DNA of 64,000 nucleotides from Hypanus sabinus (GCF_030144855.1 NC_082715.1:115072001-115136000); one strand, 5' to 3'. Positions 24,025-37,802 are shown, counted from the first letter of the stretch. Notes: a model not told the origin generated them from the letters alone. Made by a program: numbers and translations.

Positions 24025-24825
24025 GTAAGGAAAGACTTATTCTCAGCTTGGTTTTGTCATTTTGTGTGCAATACTTGTTGTTTGCTGATACTATTTGACA
24101 ATTTTCTCCTTGATATCAATGGCGCTGTGAATGTCCTCAACTTTGTTGCATCCAGCTTTTCTCCAGTTTTGGAGAGAGGGGGGCATGGCGATCCCAGCCC
24201 TCGAGTTGTGTCATATGTACAGAGATTTATTTGCCACACACCTCTGTGCTGTTTAGCATAGTAAGCTGAAGCAGCAGGGTGCTGCTATGATATTTTACAG
24301 GGTCGTGGAGAGTCATAGAGAAGAAGCAGGTCATTCATCTCAACTAATCTATGCCATTCATGTACTCTTCCTTAACTAGTCCTACTTGCTGTGTTTGACT
24401 CATATCCCTCGTTTTGATCTGGCTACCTGTGTAAATGTCCTTTGAACTTTGTACTTGTGCCCATAGCTACCATTTTCTCTAGCAGCTTAGTGAATCTTGT
24501 AGCAACAAAGACTGCGATTCATTCTATTGTATTTGTGGAGTCGTTTTGAGAGATTTGTCGTATTTATTCTGAAATCCACTTTTTACCCCATAAGACTATA
24601 AGTTAATCTTTAATTTATAGTTGTCTTTTGGATATCCTATTGGAACTAATTCTTCCTCAATCTCGATATTGTAATCCAGATCTAAATTCTCATCCTTTTT
24701 AAACAAATTTCTCCTTATTTCCCTCTAGTTTTTGTAACTATCTTAAACCTGTGCTTACAAGTCCACTGTCCTTGTTTTCTCTAACAAAGGCATCATAATT
24801 TGGAAAAACTTTTTGAAAAAAAAAT

Positions 24826-27574
24826 CATGGATTGATACCTGGAAATATGATGTTGTAGTTATTAGTGAAACATAGTTTCAGGAGGGGTGTGATTGGCAAC
24901 TAAATATTCTTGGATTTCGTTGCCTCAGGTGTGGTAGAATCGGAGGGACAAGAGGGGGAGGTGTTGCGTTGCTTATCAGAGAAAATATTACAGCGGTGCT
25001 CTGGCAGGATAGATTAGAAGGCTCGTCTAGGGAGACTATTTGGGTGGAATTGAGGAATGGGAAAGGTGTACTGATACTTACAGGGGTGTATTATAGACCA
25101 CCTAATGGGGAGCAAGAATTGGAGTAGCAAATTTGCAAGGAGATAGCTGATATTGTAGTAAGCACAGGGTTGTGATTGTGGGAGATTTCAATTTTCCACA
25201 CATAGACTGGGAAGCCCATTCTGTAAAAGGGATGGATGGTTTGTAAAATGTGTGCAGGATAGTTTTTTGCAGCAATACATAGAGGTACCAACTAGAGAAG
25301 GGGCAGTGTTGGATCTCCTGTTAGGGAATGAAATAGGTCAGGTGACGGAGGTATGTGTTGGGGAGCACTTTGGGTCCAGTTATCAGAATACCATTAGTTT
25401 CAATATAATTATGGAGAAGGATAGGACTGGAGCCAGGGTTGAGATTTTTGATTGGAGAAATACTAACTTTGAGGAGATGCAAAAGGATATAGGAGTGGAT
25501 TGGGATAATTATGGGAAGGATGTAATAGAGAAATGGAGGTAATTTAAAGGTGAAATTTTGAGGGTACAGAATCTTTATGTTCCTGTTAGGTTGAAAGGAA
25601 AGGTTAAAAGTTTGAGCGAGCTATGGTTTTCAAGGGATATTGGAAACATGGTTAGGAAAAAGAGAGATATCTACAATAAATATAGGCAGCATAGAGTAAA
25701 TGAGGTGCTCAAGGAATATAAAGAATGTAAGAAGAACCTTAAGAAAGAAATTAGAAAAGCTAAAAGAAGATACGAGGTTGCTTTGGCAAGTAAGGTGAAA
25801 ATAAATCCGAAGTGTTTCTGCGGTTATATTAATAGCAAAAGGATAGTGAGGGATAAAATTGGTCCCTTAGAAAATCAGAGTGAACAGCTATGTGTGGAGC
25901 CGAAAGAGATGGGGAAGATTTTGAACAATTTCTTTTCTTTGGTATTCGCTAAGGAGAAGGATGTTGAATTGTGTAAGGTAAGGGAAACAAGTAGGGAAGT
26001 TATGGAAACTATGACAATTAAAGAGGAGGAAGTACTGGCGCTTTTAAGGAATATAAAAGTGGGTAAGTCTCTGGATCCTGTCAGGATATTCCCTAGGACC
26101 TTGAGGGAAGTTGGTGTAGAATTAGCAGGGGCTCTGAAAGAAATATTTCAAATGTCATTAGAAACGGGGATGGTGCCAGAGGATTGGCATATTGCTCATG
26201 TGGTTCCATTGTTTAAAAAGGGTTCTAAGAGTAAACCTAACAATTATAGGCCTGTCAGTTTGACGACAGTGATGGGTAAATTTAATGAAACGTATTCTTA
26301 GAGATGATATATATAATTGTCTGGATAGACAGGGTCTGATTAGGAACAGTCAGCATGGATTTGTGCGTGGAAGGTCATGTTTGACAAATCTTATTGAATT
26401 TTTTGAAGAGGTTACGAGGAAAGTTGACAAGGTTCCGCATGGAAGGTTAATTAGGAAGGTTCAATCATTAGGTATTAATATTGAAGTAGTAAATGGATCA
26501 ACAGTGGCTGGATGGGAGATGCCAGAGAGTAGTGGTGAATAACTGTTTGTCAGGTTAGAGGCCGGTGACTTGTGGTGTGCCTTGGGTCTGTATTGGGTCC
26601 AATGTTGTTTTTCATATACATTAATAATCTGGATGATAGGGTGGTAAATTGGATTAGTAAGTATGCAGATGATACTAAGGTAGGTGGCTTTGTGGATAAT
26701 GAAGTAGGTTTTCAAAGCTTGCCAAGAGATTTAGGCCAGTTAGAAGAGTGGGCTGAACGATGGCAGATGGAGTTTAATGCTGATAAGTGTGAGGTGCTAC
26801 ATTTTGGTAGGAATAATCCAAATAGGACATACATAGTAAATGGTAGGGCATTGAAGAATGCAGTAGAACAGAGTGATCTAGGAATAATGGTGCATAGTTC
26901 CTTGAAGGTGGAATCTCATGTGGATAGGGTGGTGAAGAAAGCTTTTGGTATGCTAGCCTTTATAAATCAGAGCATTGAGTATAGGAGTTGGGATGTAATG
27001 TTAAAATTGTACAAGGCATTGGTAAGGCCGAATTTGGAATATTGTGTACAGTTCTGGTCACCGAATTATAGGAAAGATATCAACAAAATAGAGAGAGTAC
27101 AGAGAAGATTTACTAGAATGTTACCTGGGTTTCAGCACCTAAGTTACAGGGAAAGATTGAACAAGTCAGTTCTTGATTCTTTGGAGCGTAGAAGGTTGAG
27201 GGGGGACTTGATAGAGGTATTTAAAATAATGAGGGGGATAGATCGAGTTGACATGGATAGGCTTTTTCCATTGAGAATAGGGGAGATTCAAACAAGAGGA
27301 CATGAGTTGACAGTTAAGGGGCAAAAGTTTAGGGGTAACACGAGGGGGAACTTTTTTACTCAGAGTGGTAGCTGTGTGGAATGAACTTCCAATAGAAGTG
27401 GTAGAGGCAGGTTTGGTATTGTCATTTAAAGTAAAATTGGATAGGTATATGGACAGGAAAGGAATGGAGGGTTTTGGGCTGAGTGCAGGCCAGTGGGACT
27501 AGGTGAGAGTAAGTGTTTGACGTGGACTATAAGGGCCGAGATGTCCTGTTTCTGTATTGTAAATGTTATATGGT
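24826..27574 (+). mobile_element. CR1-clade LINE, 5'-truncated and decayed ORF2 (endonuclease remnant + RT) in SDE2 intron 5
   Basis: ORFs 25252, 25558, 26285 and 26572 contain NYRPVSLT, SQHGFVRGRSCLTNL, YADD, LVRPNLEYCVQFWSP and RRLRGDLIEVFKI; frameshifts and stops; short-repeat 3' tail. Confidence 0.93.
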
Positions 27575-28189
27575 AAACTCTGTAAATCTCTTCTTAACCT
27601 TCCACTGTTGAAGGGAAGTTCCAGCTGCTTTGTTCTTTCCGCTTAATCACCAGGCCCTCATGCTTGGTATTGTTCTGGTAAACTCACCCTAGGACAATGT
27701 CGTTCTCCCTGCAAAACCATGGCGGAAGAGTTCTGTTACACCATATTGAAAGGGGTAACTGTGAGACTACATTTGAGAAAATCCTTTCATGTTCTCTGCT
27801 TCTCTTGGTTCTGATTTAGTATTTGTTTATCATTCAAGCCCCACAATTGGCAGAAAACAAACTTTGGCAGATTCTTGCTCCTTTGGCACTGCCCTGTTGA
27901 GGATGCAGTCACCTTGGGCAAAGATGCTTTGTGGTCCTATTTTAGAATGAATGAACCCAGGTAGGAACAATGCATGGGAAGATACTGGTATCCATAAACC
28001 ACACTGAACAAGGCTAGAAAATCAGGAAGGTTAAAACTGAACCTAATTTATATTGATTGTTTCTAAAATTGTGTCAGTAAACAAGCAGTGACTAACATTC
28101 AAATAATGAATGCATAGTTCAAACAGCGCACAAAAAATCAGGGAAGTGGTTCAACAATAGCTAATAGAAGTTACAGGGATGTACTAGAT

Positions 28190-28268
28190 CAGGGGTTCCC
28201 AACCTTACTTTATGCCATGATCTGTACCGTTAAGAAAGGGGTCCATGGACCACAGGTTGGAGCCCCTG
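28190..28268. mobile_element. ~79-bp hAT-type MITE (CAGGGGTTCCCAACC termini)
   Basis: Terminal inverted repeats; a related copy lies at 60978-61056; no clear TSD. Confidence 0.65.
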
Positions 28269-30891
28269 AAGGAAACTTGTTTTGCCTGAGTATCCGAAAT
28301 GATTCTGATTACGGCCAAAGCAGTCAGAAGTTTCAAAGGTACGTGTAATGTCAGAGAACTGTATACAATATACATCCTGAAATACTTTCTCTTAGTCCCA
28401 AGACATTTCATAAGAGGAAGTAAATTATGAACTTTAATGTAGTGAGAAACTTAAAAATAGATTGAAAGAATCAAGAATGGGAAGGTTAGAAAAAGTCTTG
28501 TGTTGCTATCATTTCCCAGACATCTGCAATCAGCCCATTTTCCTGCCACCATAACAGGGATAGAGTTCCCCTTGTTCTTACCTACCAGCCCATGAGTCTT
28601 GTCATTCAGCACATGATTCTCTGAAACATCCACCATCTTCAATGGGATCCTGACATCAAACACATCTTTACCTCCACCCCACAGTCCATTTTCCGCAGGG
28701 ATCGCTCTGTCCATTTGTCCCTCCCCACTGATTTTTCTCCTGGCACTTAACCCTACCAGTGTAACAATTGCTACAGTTGCCCATACACTTACTGTCTCAC
28801 CACCATTCAGGGCCTCAAACAGACCTTCCAGCTGCAAGTTTGTCATGATTATCTACTGTATTCAGTGCTTCTGTTGTGACCTCCTCAACTCAGGAGAGAC
28901 CTGAAGTAGATTGGGGGGCTGTTTTGTCAAGCACTTTCACTCCTACCATCATAACAGGTGAGATTTCTCTGTGGCCACTTATTTTAATTCTGCTTCTCAT
29001 GCTGACATGTCGACCCATGGCCTCCTCTACTGCCAAGATGAGGCCACTTGAGGGTTGGAGGAGCAACAACTCCTATTTCATCTGGGTAGCCTGATGACAT
29101 GTACATTGAATTCTCTAACTTGCAGTAATTTCTTTTTCCAAACCCAATTTATATAAATTCTCTGAAAACTCCCTCAGAATGGAAGATAAAAAATTGTAAT
29201 GCCAGTATTTGCAAAGAAGAGGTGGTGATAAAATGGAGATCTACACATCAGTTAGATATCAGTAGTTGAGAAAATGCAGTTAAATGACCTGTTTCATTTC
29301 CACAGCGATTGGCATAATAATTGTGGACCAAGCCATACCATTGTGTGTTGTCAGGAACACAAAAACACACAAATATTGGAGCAAGCGCAGGCTGTTTGGC
29401 CCCTCAAGCTTGCCCTGCCATTCAATATGATCATGGCTGATTTATGCTAGTCCTTTCTGTGCCGGTTTCCCATATCCCTTAATTCTGAGATTTGACGAAT
29501 ATTTCTCTATCTCAACCTTATATATATCCAATGATACAGCATCCACCACTTCAGGAGAGAGCTCTAGAGATTTGCCTACTCCTTATTTTATAACTATGCC
29601 CCTTGTTCATGATTCTCCTATGAGTGGAGTACTGTGTCTATCTTGTCAAGTCCCATTAGGTCTTCTGTGTTTGAATGAGGTCACCTCATAGTCTCTTGAC
29701 ATGTTGCTTCCAATTAAATTCAAGAATCTGCAAATAGACATTTATTTTTCTGCTTATTGCTGTATCAGATCTTGCATTGCATTGAAATTATGGAGAACAG
29801 CCTTGTTGCCCAGAAAGTGCATCAGTGCCTCTATTTCCTCAGGAGCTAAAGAAATTTGACCTTTTTATCGATACACCATAAAAAGCATTTCATCTGAATG
29901 CATCACAACTTGGTATGGCAACTGCTCTATGCCAGTGACTGCAAGAAACATAATCAAAGACCTCATTTACCCCAGACATTTCTCTTCTCTCCAAACCACC
30001 CCACAATCTGGCATTTATAAGACTTGAACAGTTCCCCTGTACAATAAGATGAACTTGTGACCTCACATTCTACCATGTTATGGCTTTGCACCTTGTTGTC
30101 TACCTGCACTGCAGTGTCCCTGTAACTCTAGTACTTCATTCTGCTTTCTGTTAATTGCTTTTCCCTTGTACTACCTCAGCATACTAATGTGATGAACTGA
30201 CCTGTATTGGTGGTTTTTCCACTGTATCTGTGACAGTCATGTACCAAGGTACATGGCGAGTTGGTTTATGACAAGAATAAATCAATTTTTGCATGTGTGC
30301 CTCCTATCTTACTGCATCTCATTCTGTGGAAAGAGTTTTTGAGATCGAGTGGTGCAACCTCACAGAGCCAGATTGCTGTGTTCAGTCCTTGCGACTGGTG
30401 AGCTCTCCATGGAGTTTGCACTGTGACCACTCGGGTTTCCCCAGGTACTCTGGTCTCCTCCCACATCCGAACCACGTGCAGGCTGGCCCATGAAATTGGC
30501 TGTTTTAAATTTCCCTTCATCTATTTGTGATTGGTTGAACTCGGAGAGGAGTGAGGAAATGGGGAAATTAATTAAAAAAGACTAATTGTAAGATTATTGT
30601 AAATAGGTGATTGATGGTTGGCACTGACTCGGTGGGTTGAAGGACCTGTTTCCAGGTTGAAACCCTCTATTTCATTTTCTTTACCTTTCATACCTAATGT
30701 GTGTGTCTCTTAATGTATGATCTTTTTCTGAACTATTGTCAGTCTCAATCACATTCTGACCCCATTGAATTGTATCTGTTGAAATTATGGTGACCGTCTT
30801 GTGTTTAGAGCCTCTATTATTGGTTAAGCTTCACAGAACAGTACAACTTGAAGCAGTTGACTTAAAGTTCATGGTTCTTGTTTCCTTGCAG

Positions 30892-31258
30892 GATGGGAGT
30901 GGAGGATTTGGAAGGATCTGGGAGTTCTGATGAGGAGTGTGTGGCAGAGTGCAGCTCCTCCAAGTCTTTGTCTTGCCCTGAGAGTTCTGTGGGGCAGGTG
31001 AACATTGAAAGCAGCACTGTTGATGGTGTGAGAGACTGTGCTCCTGGGCCCAGTATTGAACCTTGTGTGCCTGCGCCAATCTCCAAACCTCAGAATGAAC
31101 CCGGAAAAGTGGATCCAGAGCCCAGTAATGAAGTGGAAGCAGAGAATTTGGTCTCAGAAGGAAGTGAACAACTTGAAACAGAAGAGGTCACTGAAAATAG
31201 CCCCAAAGAAATGGAGAAGCTGGCAGATAAAGGAAACGATGTGAACCAACCAGCAACA
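30892..31258 (+). CDS. SDE2: SDE2 exon 6, acidic low-complexity linker (MGVEDLEGSGSSDEE...VNQPAT)
   Basis: Lies within ORF 30878..31342; ttgcag| acceptor and ACA|gtaagt donor; 367 nt. Confidence 0.9.
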
Positions 31259-32224
31259 GTAAGTACTGATCACATAGATCCATTGAGTACAGAACTCAGG
31301 CCCTTTGCCTCATTAGGCCATGCCAAGCAATATGCCCATTGAGCTAAACCCATTTGCTCGTATCCCTCTAAACCTTTCCTATCCATGTTCCTGTGGCAAT
31401 CGTTTCCTCCAGCAACCCATTCCACATACTGACAATGACCACCTTTGAATGAAACGATTGCTCATCAGGTTCCAATTAAATCTCTCCCCCTCATCTTGAA
31501 TCCTTGCCTTCTAGTTCCCCAATCCTGGGAACCATTTATGCCGATCACATTCTCCCCACATTCCCATCAGCTCTCCCCGTCCCAGATTTCCACTGCTCAC
31601 CTAGACAGAGAGCACCTGACATCAGAACTGAACTCCGGCAACTGGAGTTGTGATGCATCTGCACCACCAGCTGTGTCACAGAAGCACCTCTCAAGATATT
31701 GCACGTTTCATCAACCCGTATATCAAAAAAGTGATTATCAACCCCAGAGGAACGTCAGAACTTTAGTCTTCAGCAAGTTCCACTTTCAACAAGCTCCTTA
31801 TTAATCACCCACCTCTTACATGATTTTCTTGCCCTATTTCTGTGTTGCCTGGTTCCTCAAATATCCTTGCTTTGAATGAACCTGCTGTCAACTCTCTGGA
31901 ATGGAAAACATGAATGGTTTATTACTTCTAAGTGAAGAAAATTCTTAATTCAGTGCTAAATGGCTTACTCCTGACTCTAAGATTGTGTATGACAAACAGT
32001 TAGAAGTACCACTAGGCTACTGGCCCCTTCAAACCTGTGCTGTCATTAGTATGATCATGGCTGATCTAACTTAGCCCTCAGATGTCCCTAATCTTTCAAA
32101 AATTTATCTATCTCTACTTTAGATACATCTGACAATGTAATTTCCCAAGTTACAGCACATTGGATCAGAAAATTCCTTCTCTTAGGAGATTTGGGAAGAC
32201 AAATCAAGACAGTAGGTCTGGTTC

Positions 32225-32800
32225 CTAGGAATACAAGTACATGGTTACACAAAAGTGGCATTGCAGCTAGAAAGGGTGGTAAAGAAGGCTTTTAGCATGT
32301 TACCCTTCATGAGTCAAGGCATTCACTATAGAAGTTGGAATATTATGTTGCAGTTATACAAGACATTGATGAGGCTGTACCTGGAATATCGTGTTCAGTT
32401 TTGGCCATTCTACTAGAGAAAAGATGCCATTAAGTTAGAAAGAGTGCAGAAAATATTTACAAGGATATTACTGAGGACTCAGAGGATTGAGTTATGGACA
32501 ACAGTCGACAAGCTGGGATTTCATTTATCGGGGGTGATTTTTATGGAGGTGCATAAATTCATAGGGGTCTAGGAAGGTTGAATACATGTAGTTTTCTTTT
32601 TTTCCAGTGTTGTAGAATTCAGGTCGAGAAGTCATAAGTTTGAAGTGAGAGGGGAGGGATCTAATAGGGTGGTTTGCATACAGAGTGAGCTGCTTGAGGC
32701 AGGTGCATTAACAACATTTAGAAGGGTCGTGTGAAGGCAAATGGGCATCTTGGTCAGCATAGACCGTGGGGCTATAGGACCTGCTTCCATACTGTAATAC
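32225..32800 (+). mobile_element. Old degenerate CR1 3' fragment (a similar relic lies at ~19257-19640)
   Basis: Nucleotide similarity to the 3' part of the 24826-27574 copy (gtggtaaagaaggctttt...ctggaatatcgtgttcagttttgg). Confidence 0.7.
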
Positions 32801-34461
32801 TATGAGAAATTTCTAGATAGATTGGTTTTAAATGATTGGCCCTGATCTTGAAACTTGTTTGATTTCAGATTCTTCCACTCGTGGAAATATTCAACCTCGA
32901 CACTGTCATGCTCCCTTAAGATTTTGTATATTTCATTAGGTTTGTTTTCTAAACAGTGACCTCTAGTTTTCAGATATGGAAAACAGCCTTACTGTATATT
33001 ATAGTTTGTGTATTTTCACAAAATGTCCTCCCCATCTCTGAAACTTTAAAGAATAGAGATCTAATCTACTCAGTCTCTCATGACACGAAAGACCCAGCAT
33101 CCCAGGAATTTGTTTGATAAATCTTTCTGTCACTCCCTTGGCTAGTACAAATGCAGTGGGCTGGTTAAAGTCTAGACTCCTCCTCTGATGATACCACCTC
33201 TGTCCAAGTTTGGGAGCCTGTGGTGTATTGTTGCAGGTGAACCAGACGTGTACACCATTGCAGCAATTCCTTGACACTCCCATAGAATGCTACTCTAACC
33301 TGTTTCCTAGGAATTTGGACTGTGGATGACGGGATGGGTCAGTTATGATCCTTAAGGTTATGTTACACCATTGTGGGAACCTTCAGGAGAGGGAAAGGCA
33401 CCACTGAATCTGAGGTAACTGTCTTTTTATTATGATTTCTGTTTCAGTTACAGCTAGGAGCTCAGACCGAGATAAAACTATCAATTTGAGATGGAGCAGG
33501 GACTTGTATTATCCTGATGGTGTTCAGAAAACACTTTCAAAGAAGGAAACCTGTTTAGTGATAGTTTATTGACATCTAGCAGGTATGGTCACATCCCACC
33601 TGAGTCTAGATCTCTGACCCTTGCCTGATAGGTCTGACTAGTACCTGGGTACCACTAAAACTGTAAGCCCTTGGGCTAGGACTAGCTGTGGCCTGATTTC
33701 TGTTTTGTTTTGAGCAGATCTTCAGCCCTGGTCCATGTGGTTTATCCCACGTGCTTTGAAGAACAAACCTGGAGCCCTGGTGATGCAGAAGCTGACCTCA
33801 CCCTGTCTAGTTAAGTGGTAGTAATGTAGAAGTTGTGTCTGTTACTGCTCTCCTCCAGCTTAGAACGTGAGAACAGCACAGAAACAGGCCCTTCAGCCCA
33901 CAATCAGTGTCAGACGTGATGCCAAATTAAACGCAATCTCTTTTGCCTGTTAGTGATCCATATCCCTCTATGTTCATGTGCTTATCCAAAAGCCTCTTAA
34001 ATGCCACTGTCATATCTGCCTCCACCACTACCGCTGGTAGCTCATACCAGACACCTACTACTTTCTGAAGTTAAAAAAAATATTGCCTCGCCCATCTCCC
34101 TTGGACTCTCCCTCTCACCTTGTATGCATGCCCTCCAGTTCATCCCCTCACCCAAAATTCTCCACACACTATACTTCCTCATTTTGTCTATCTGTCAACT
34201 CTCGTCATTGTTGTCATGTTAATACAAGTTCTGCCTATTTGCAGTCAGACTGATTCTCTAGCCCCTCTCTCAATTGCTGATTCCATTGTATATGTAAGAA
34301 TGTACTCTGGACAATAGCATGAGAATACTACTTAAAAGTTTTACCTGTCTCACCCGTCCTTACATAACTTCGTAAGGAATTGACTCCAGCCAATAGATGC
34401 CATTGATAGTAATTTTTTTTACAGAAAGAAAATAGTAAAAATATACATTTTCAAATCCCAC

Positions 34462-34483
34462 TATTTACATAAAGTGCTTTCTG
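34462..34483 (-). promoter_or_regulatory. Lefty 3' UTR miR-427/430/302-family site adjoining a Pumilio element
   Basis: mRNA sense reads CAGAAAGCACTTTA (34483-34470) followed directly by TGTAAATA (34469-34462). Confidence 0.6.
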
Positions 34484-34557
34484 AATTTCATTTCTGCTTT
34501 CATAGGAGATTTAAGAGAAATAGGTTTCAGGTGTTGTATAGTTCTTTGACGTTGCTG

Positions 34558-34879
34558 CTATATGACCGAGACATTGTTGGTGGTGCAGCCACACTTCTCG
34601 GTGATCATGTTGGGGAACTCAGCCACCTCGATCTCCGTGTAGTTGCCCATCTTCATCAGGTACATCACAGGCAGCGAAGTGCTCTTCACCCCCACACAGC
34701 TCCTCTCTCCATAATCAAAAGGCCACCGTGGCTGCTTGCAACCCCCAAGGCAGCGAAAGGCCTGGTAACCAGGGGGCTCGATGATCCAGTACTGGGTCCA
34801 CGGCAGGTCCCGGAAGCTGATGAAGTGCTCCTGCCTGCAGCATGTCCTGCCTTTCTCTGCACCACAGTCACCAGTGCTC
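34558..34879 (-). CDS. LEFTY: Lefty exon 4, TGF-beta cystine-knot domain (GDC...CCRQEHFISFRDLPWTQYWIIEPPGYQAFRCLGGC...SC...FPNMITEKCGCTTNNVSVI*)
   Basis: Lies within ORF 34558..34899. Lacks the dimerisation cysteine and extends beyond CxC, both Lefty hallmarks. Total CDS 1089 nt = 362 aa. Confidence 0.96.
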
Positions 34880-35937
34880 CTGGATGTGATAGAACACAAA
34901 TACTGGTTACCGAGTAAAAGCTAAGTGGGGAAAATTGTTTCGATGCAACAAATTAGTTTGGCTAGTTAACTGAATCAAAAGCAGCTTTTCATACTCTTTT
35001 CTGACGTGAAGAAATGTCCTTTTAATACCAATATGCAGATGTCATAGGATCGTGTAAATGACCTGAGAGAGAGGCTCTCACAAATGGCAGGAGAGCAGAT
35101 TAAGCAACTTTCCAGTCAGCAGTTAGCTGTCTACTGATGATCTGAAAAGAGTGCAGTCTAAATTTTCTGTAGGGTGTCAGCAGGAAGGCCAAGTTTTTAT
35201 TCATGAAACTTGATTGAACTAGTCTGGAAAAAAAGGTGTCAAGAATTGTATACTATTGTGGTTCCATGCAGTTAACTGAAATTGTGACCAATATAAATAT
35301 TCCTGATCTCTTAAACTCAGTTTCACTGTTGAGTTTCAAAAGATAAATGTCAATCAATTGATTGTGTTATCAGTCAACTGATAGAGGGAAACTCCACGCA
35401 TTCTTATAAGAACTGCAAGACTTTTAATTCATCTTGTAGCTGAGATGAGGTAACACTGTACTTCCAAATATAACTTTCAGCCCTGTGTTCCAGTGTGTAG
35501 ACCCCTGGTTAAATGGGAAGTTGGCATAATTCCTGTCTCAATAATTAACTTTGAAGTGACTTGGCAGAAGTAGAGCTTATTGTGAGTTTGTAGTAATTGC
35601 TTTTGTCTTGCTCTCTACTGGCTGCCTGAAACAAATTTCAGGATGTATGTCAGTGATAATAAAACTGATTCTATTTTGATTGTGGTAACAAACAAGAGTT
35701 TCTACCATGTTGAAAATAAAATGTGGCAGCTTTGTTAATACTGTGCGCCCTATCTATTAGATTTTAATTATTTTGTGGCAATGACTATATAGCTTAACAT
35801 AGGATGTAAAGTTAGACTATGCCTGTTTAATTTCAGTGCAGTAAAGTTAATGATTAATTTTGATTATCAGAATAAGCTGTGTGGGGAGAGAGACAAAATT
35901 GGCTATTGCCCGAAAAAGTTCCATAACAAAGACATAC

Positions 35938-36174
35938 CCATATTCTTCAAGGTTGAGAGTATAGAGGACTAATTCTGGTTTGCTCAGTACTTGGTCAGCA
36001 GTGCTTTGAGTGGTGAAGTGCACCAGTTTGGCCAATTCAGCTGCGTAGCTGCCCATGCGCTCTGCCTCAATCCAGATTTCCAGGTGCATGGGCGTGTCTG
36101 CATTCTTCATCCAGTAGTACACGGCCTGTGTGACGTCCAAGCTTTCCCACCCAGAGTCGAGGATAGGAACCAAC
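35938..36174 (-). CDS. LEFTY: Lefty exon 3 (LVPILDSGWESLDVTQAVYYW...KPELVLYTLNLEEYG)
   Basis: Lies within ORF 35847..36173; gccag| acceptor and GG|gtatgt donor; 237 nt. Confidence 0.95.
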
Positions 36175-37802
36175 CTGGCAAATGATGCAAGGCAGAAAGT
36201 TCATTAGTCGATTAATTTGCCTCTTCCTTTTGCACAGTTAAAGTTATTGTGCTGAACCAGTGCTAATTGGAATGGTTACTACGAACAATGTTTGATGTAC
36301 ATTATTATATAAAGTTGAGTAGTCACAGAGTTATGCATCATAGAAACAGTCCCTTTGACCATGTCTTTCCAGGTGCCTTCCTGAGTCAGCTCCATTTGCC
36401 TTAAGAACCTGAGAAACAAAGGATACAATGTCTGATTTACTGTTGCTTCACCGCCCCCCCCAACTGTAATAGTCAATTATTTCTCTCAATTTTTCTTGGA
36501 AAATTGTTAAGGATGTTGCAAATGGATAATTAAACTTAAGCAATAGGATAAGAAGCTGGGTGGTTTGCTCTTCAAAATGTGAAACAACCGTTCAGTCTAA
36601 GCCATCTTTTCACTGCAGGCTTGCAACTTTCTTCCTTGTGTGTGTCCAAGAGCTCTTATTTTAGCTGGTCCCACTATTCATTTGGGATTGGATTCCATGT
36701 CATAAGTTTGCCAAATGAATAAGGTTCTCCCATGTTCTCATGTTTTCTTCAAAGGATGTCTTTCTCGAGTTTATTTTAAAATAGTGTCCCCTGAACCTGC
36801 TGTGTGCAAATTGTGTTTAAGTGCCATCAAGGTTCAGTTTTAATACTGATTTGACTTAAAAGTCATGGTAATTGATCCTGGGTGCCACTGTAAGTATCCT
36901 TCACTGATTCCATTGTGGGTGGAAGCGAATAAACTACTTGGGTTTACTGCTGCTGATTGCAATCCTATTCTATTAAACTTGAGGGCAGGGTTGGTTCCAG
37001 CTGCTGTGCTCTGCAACTCATAGATCTTTGCTTGTAAGGCAGCTGTGAAGAATATGCATTGTGTGGAGCTGCTGTTTCAAAAGCAGATTGAAAACATAAT
37101 TTTAAAAGTCAGTTTCTACATGAAATTTTACTTTTGAATATTTTGTTCTATTTTATTAACATTTATACATTTCCAGGCATGTATGTGCAGATGGGTACAA
37201 TTGACAGGATGTTATTATGTGCATCCTACGACATGCAATAGAAGTAGGGAAGTGGGTGGGTGGTGGGTTGCGGAGAACAGCAGAAATTAGAGGGAAACAT
37301 CTGGACTCCACAACACCAGATTGTTGTTTTGCTGTGGTGTATAGCCTCCCCCATGAGGAGAGTACATGTGGTGAGGCCTGTGTGGTTTGGAACTGAAACA
37401 AGAAGTGATCTCATTAAAATATATAAAATGTTGTGATGAGATCTCATCTGGGAGACCGGGAATAACCATCACAGTGATAAACTGCCCTTTGGAAGAGGGA
37501 CTAAAGCTGGAAGTTTCATCTAAAGTAAATTTAGTGTAGTGGTGTTACAGTAGGTTGTGTTGTCCAGAGTGACTGAAGCAACACAAAAAGTGGTGGAAGA
37601 ACTCAGCAGGTCAGGCAGCATCTGTGCATGGAAGTGGGCAATCAACGTTTCAGCTCCAGATCCTCCCAGAAAGTTAATGTTTTGGGTCATCTCTACCCCA
37701 AATGTCAACTGTCCATTTTCCTCCATTAATGCTGCCTGACCCACTGAGCTCCTCCAGCTCTTCTATTAGAGATAAAATCCCACCCTGAGTTATTTTAGAA
37801 TT

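Noticed and set aside
25558-27384. Active LINE or domesticated reverse transcriptase gene
   Set aside because: 5'-truncated, with multiple frameshifts and stops and a deleted RT motif.
33007-33014. FoxH1 motif TGTGTATT downstream of Lefty
   Set aside because: A single site inside a CR1 relic, at the frequency expected by chance.
34474-34917. 147-aa + strand ORF (likewise 42136..42462 and 35991..36185)
   Set aside because: Antisense shadows of Lefty exons, with no recognisable protein or supporting splice pattern.
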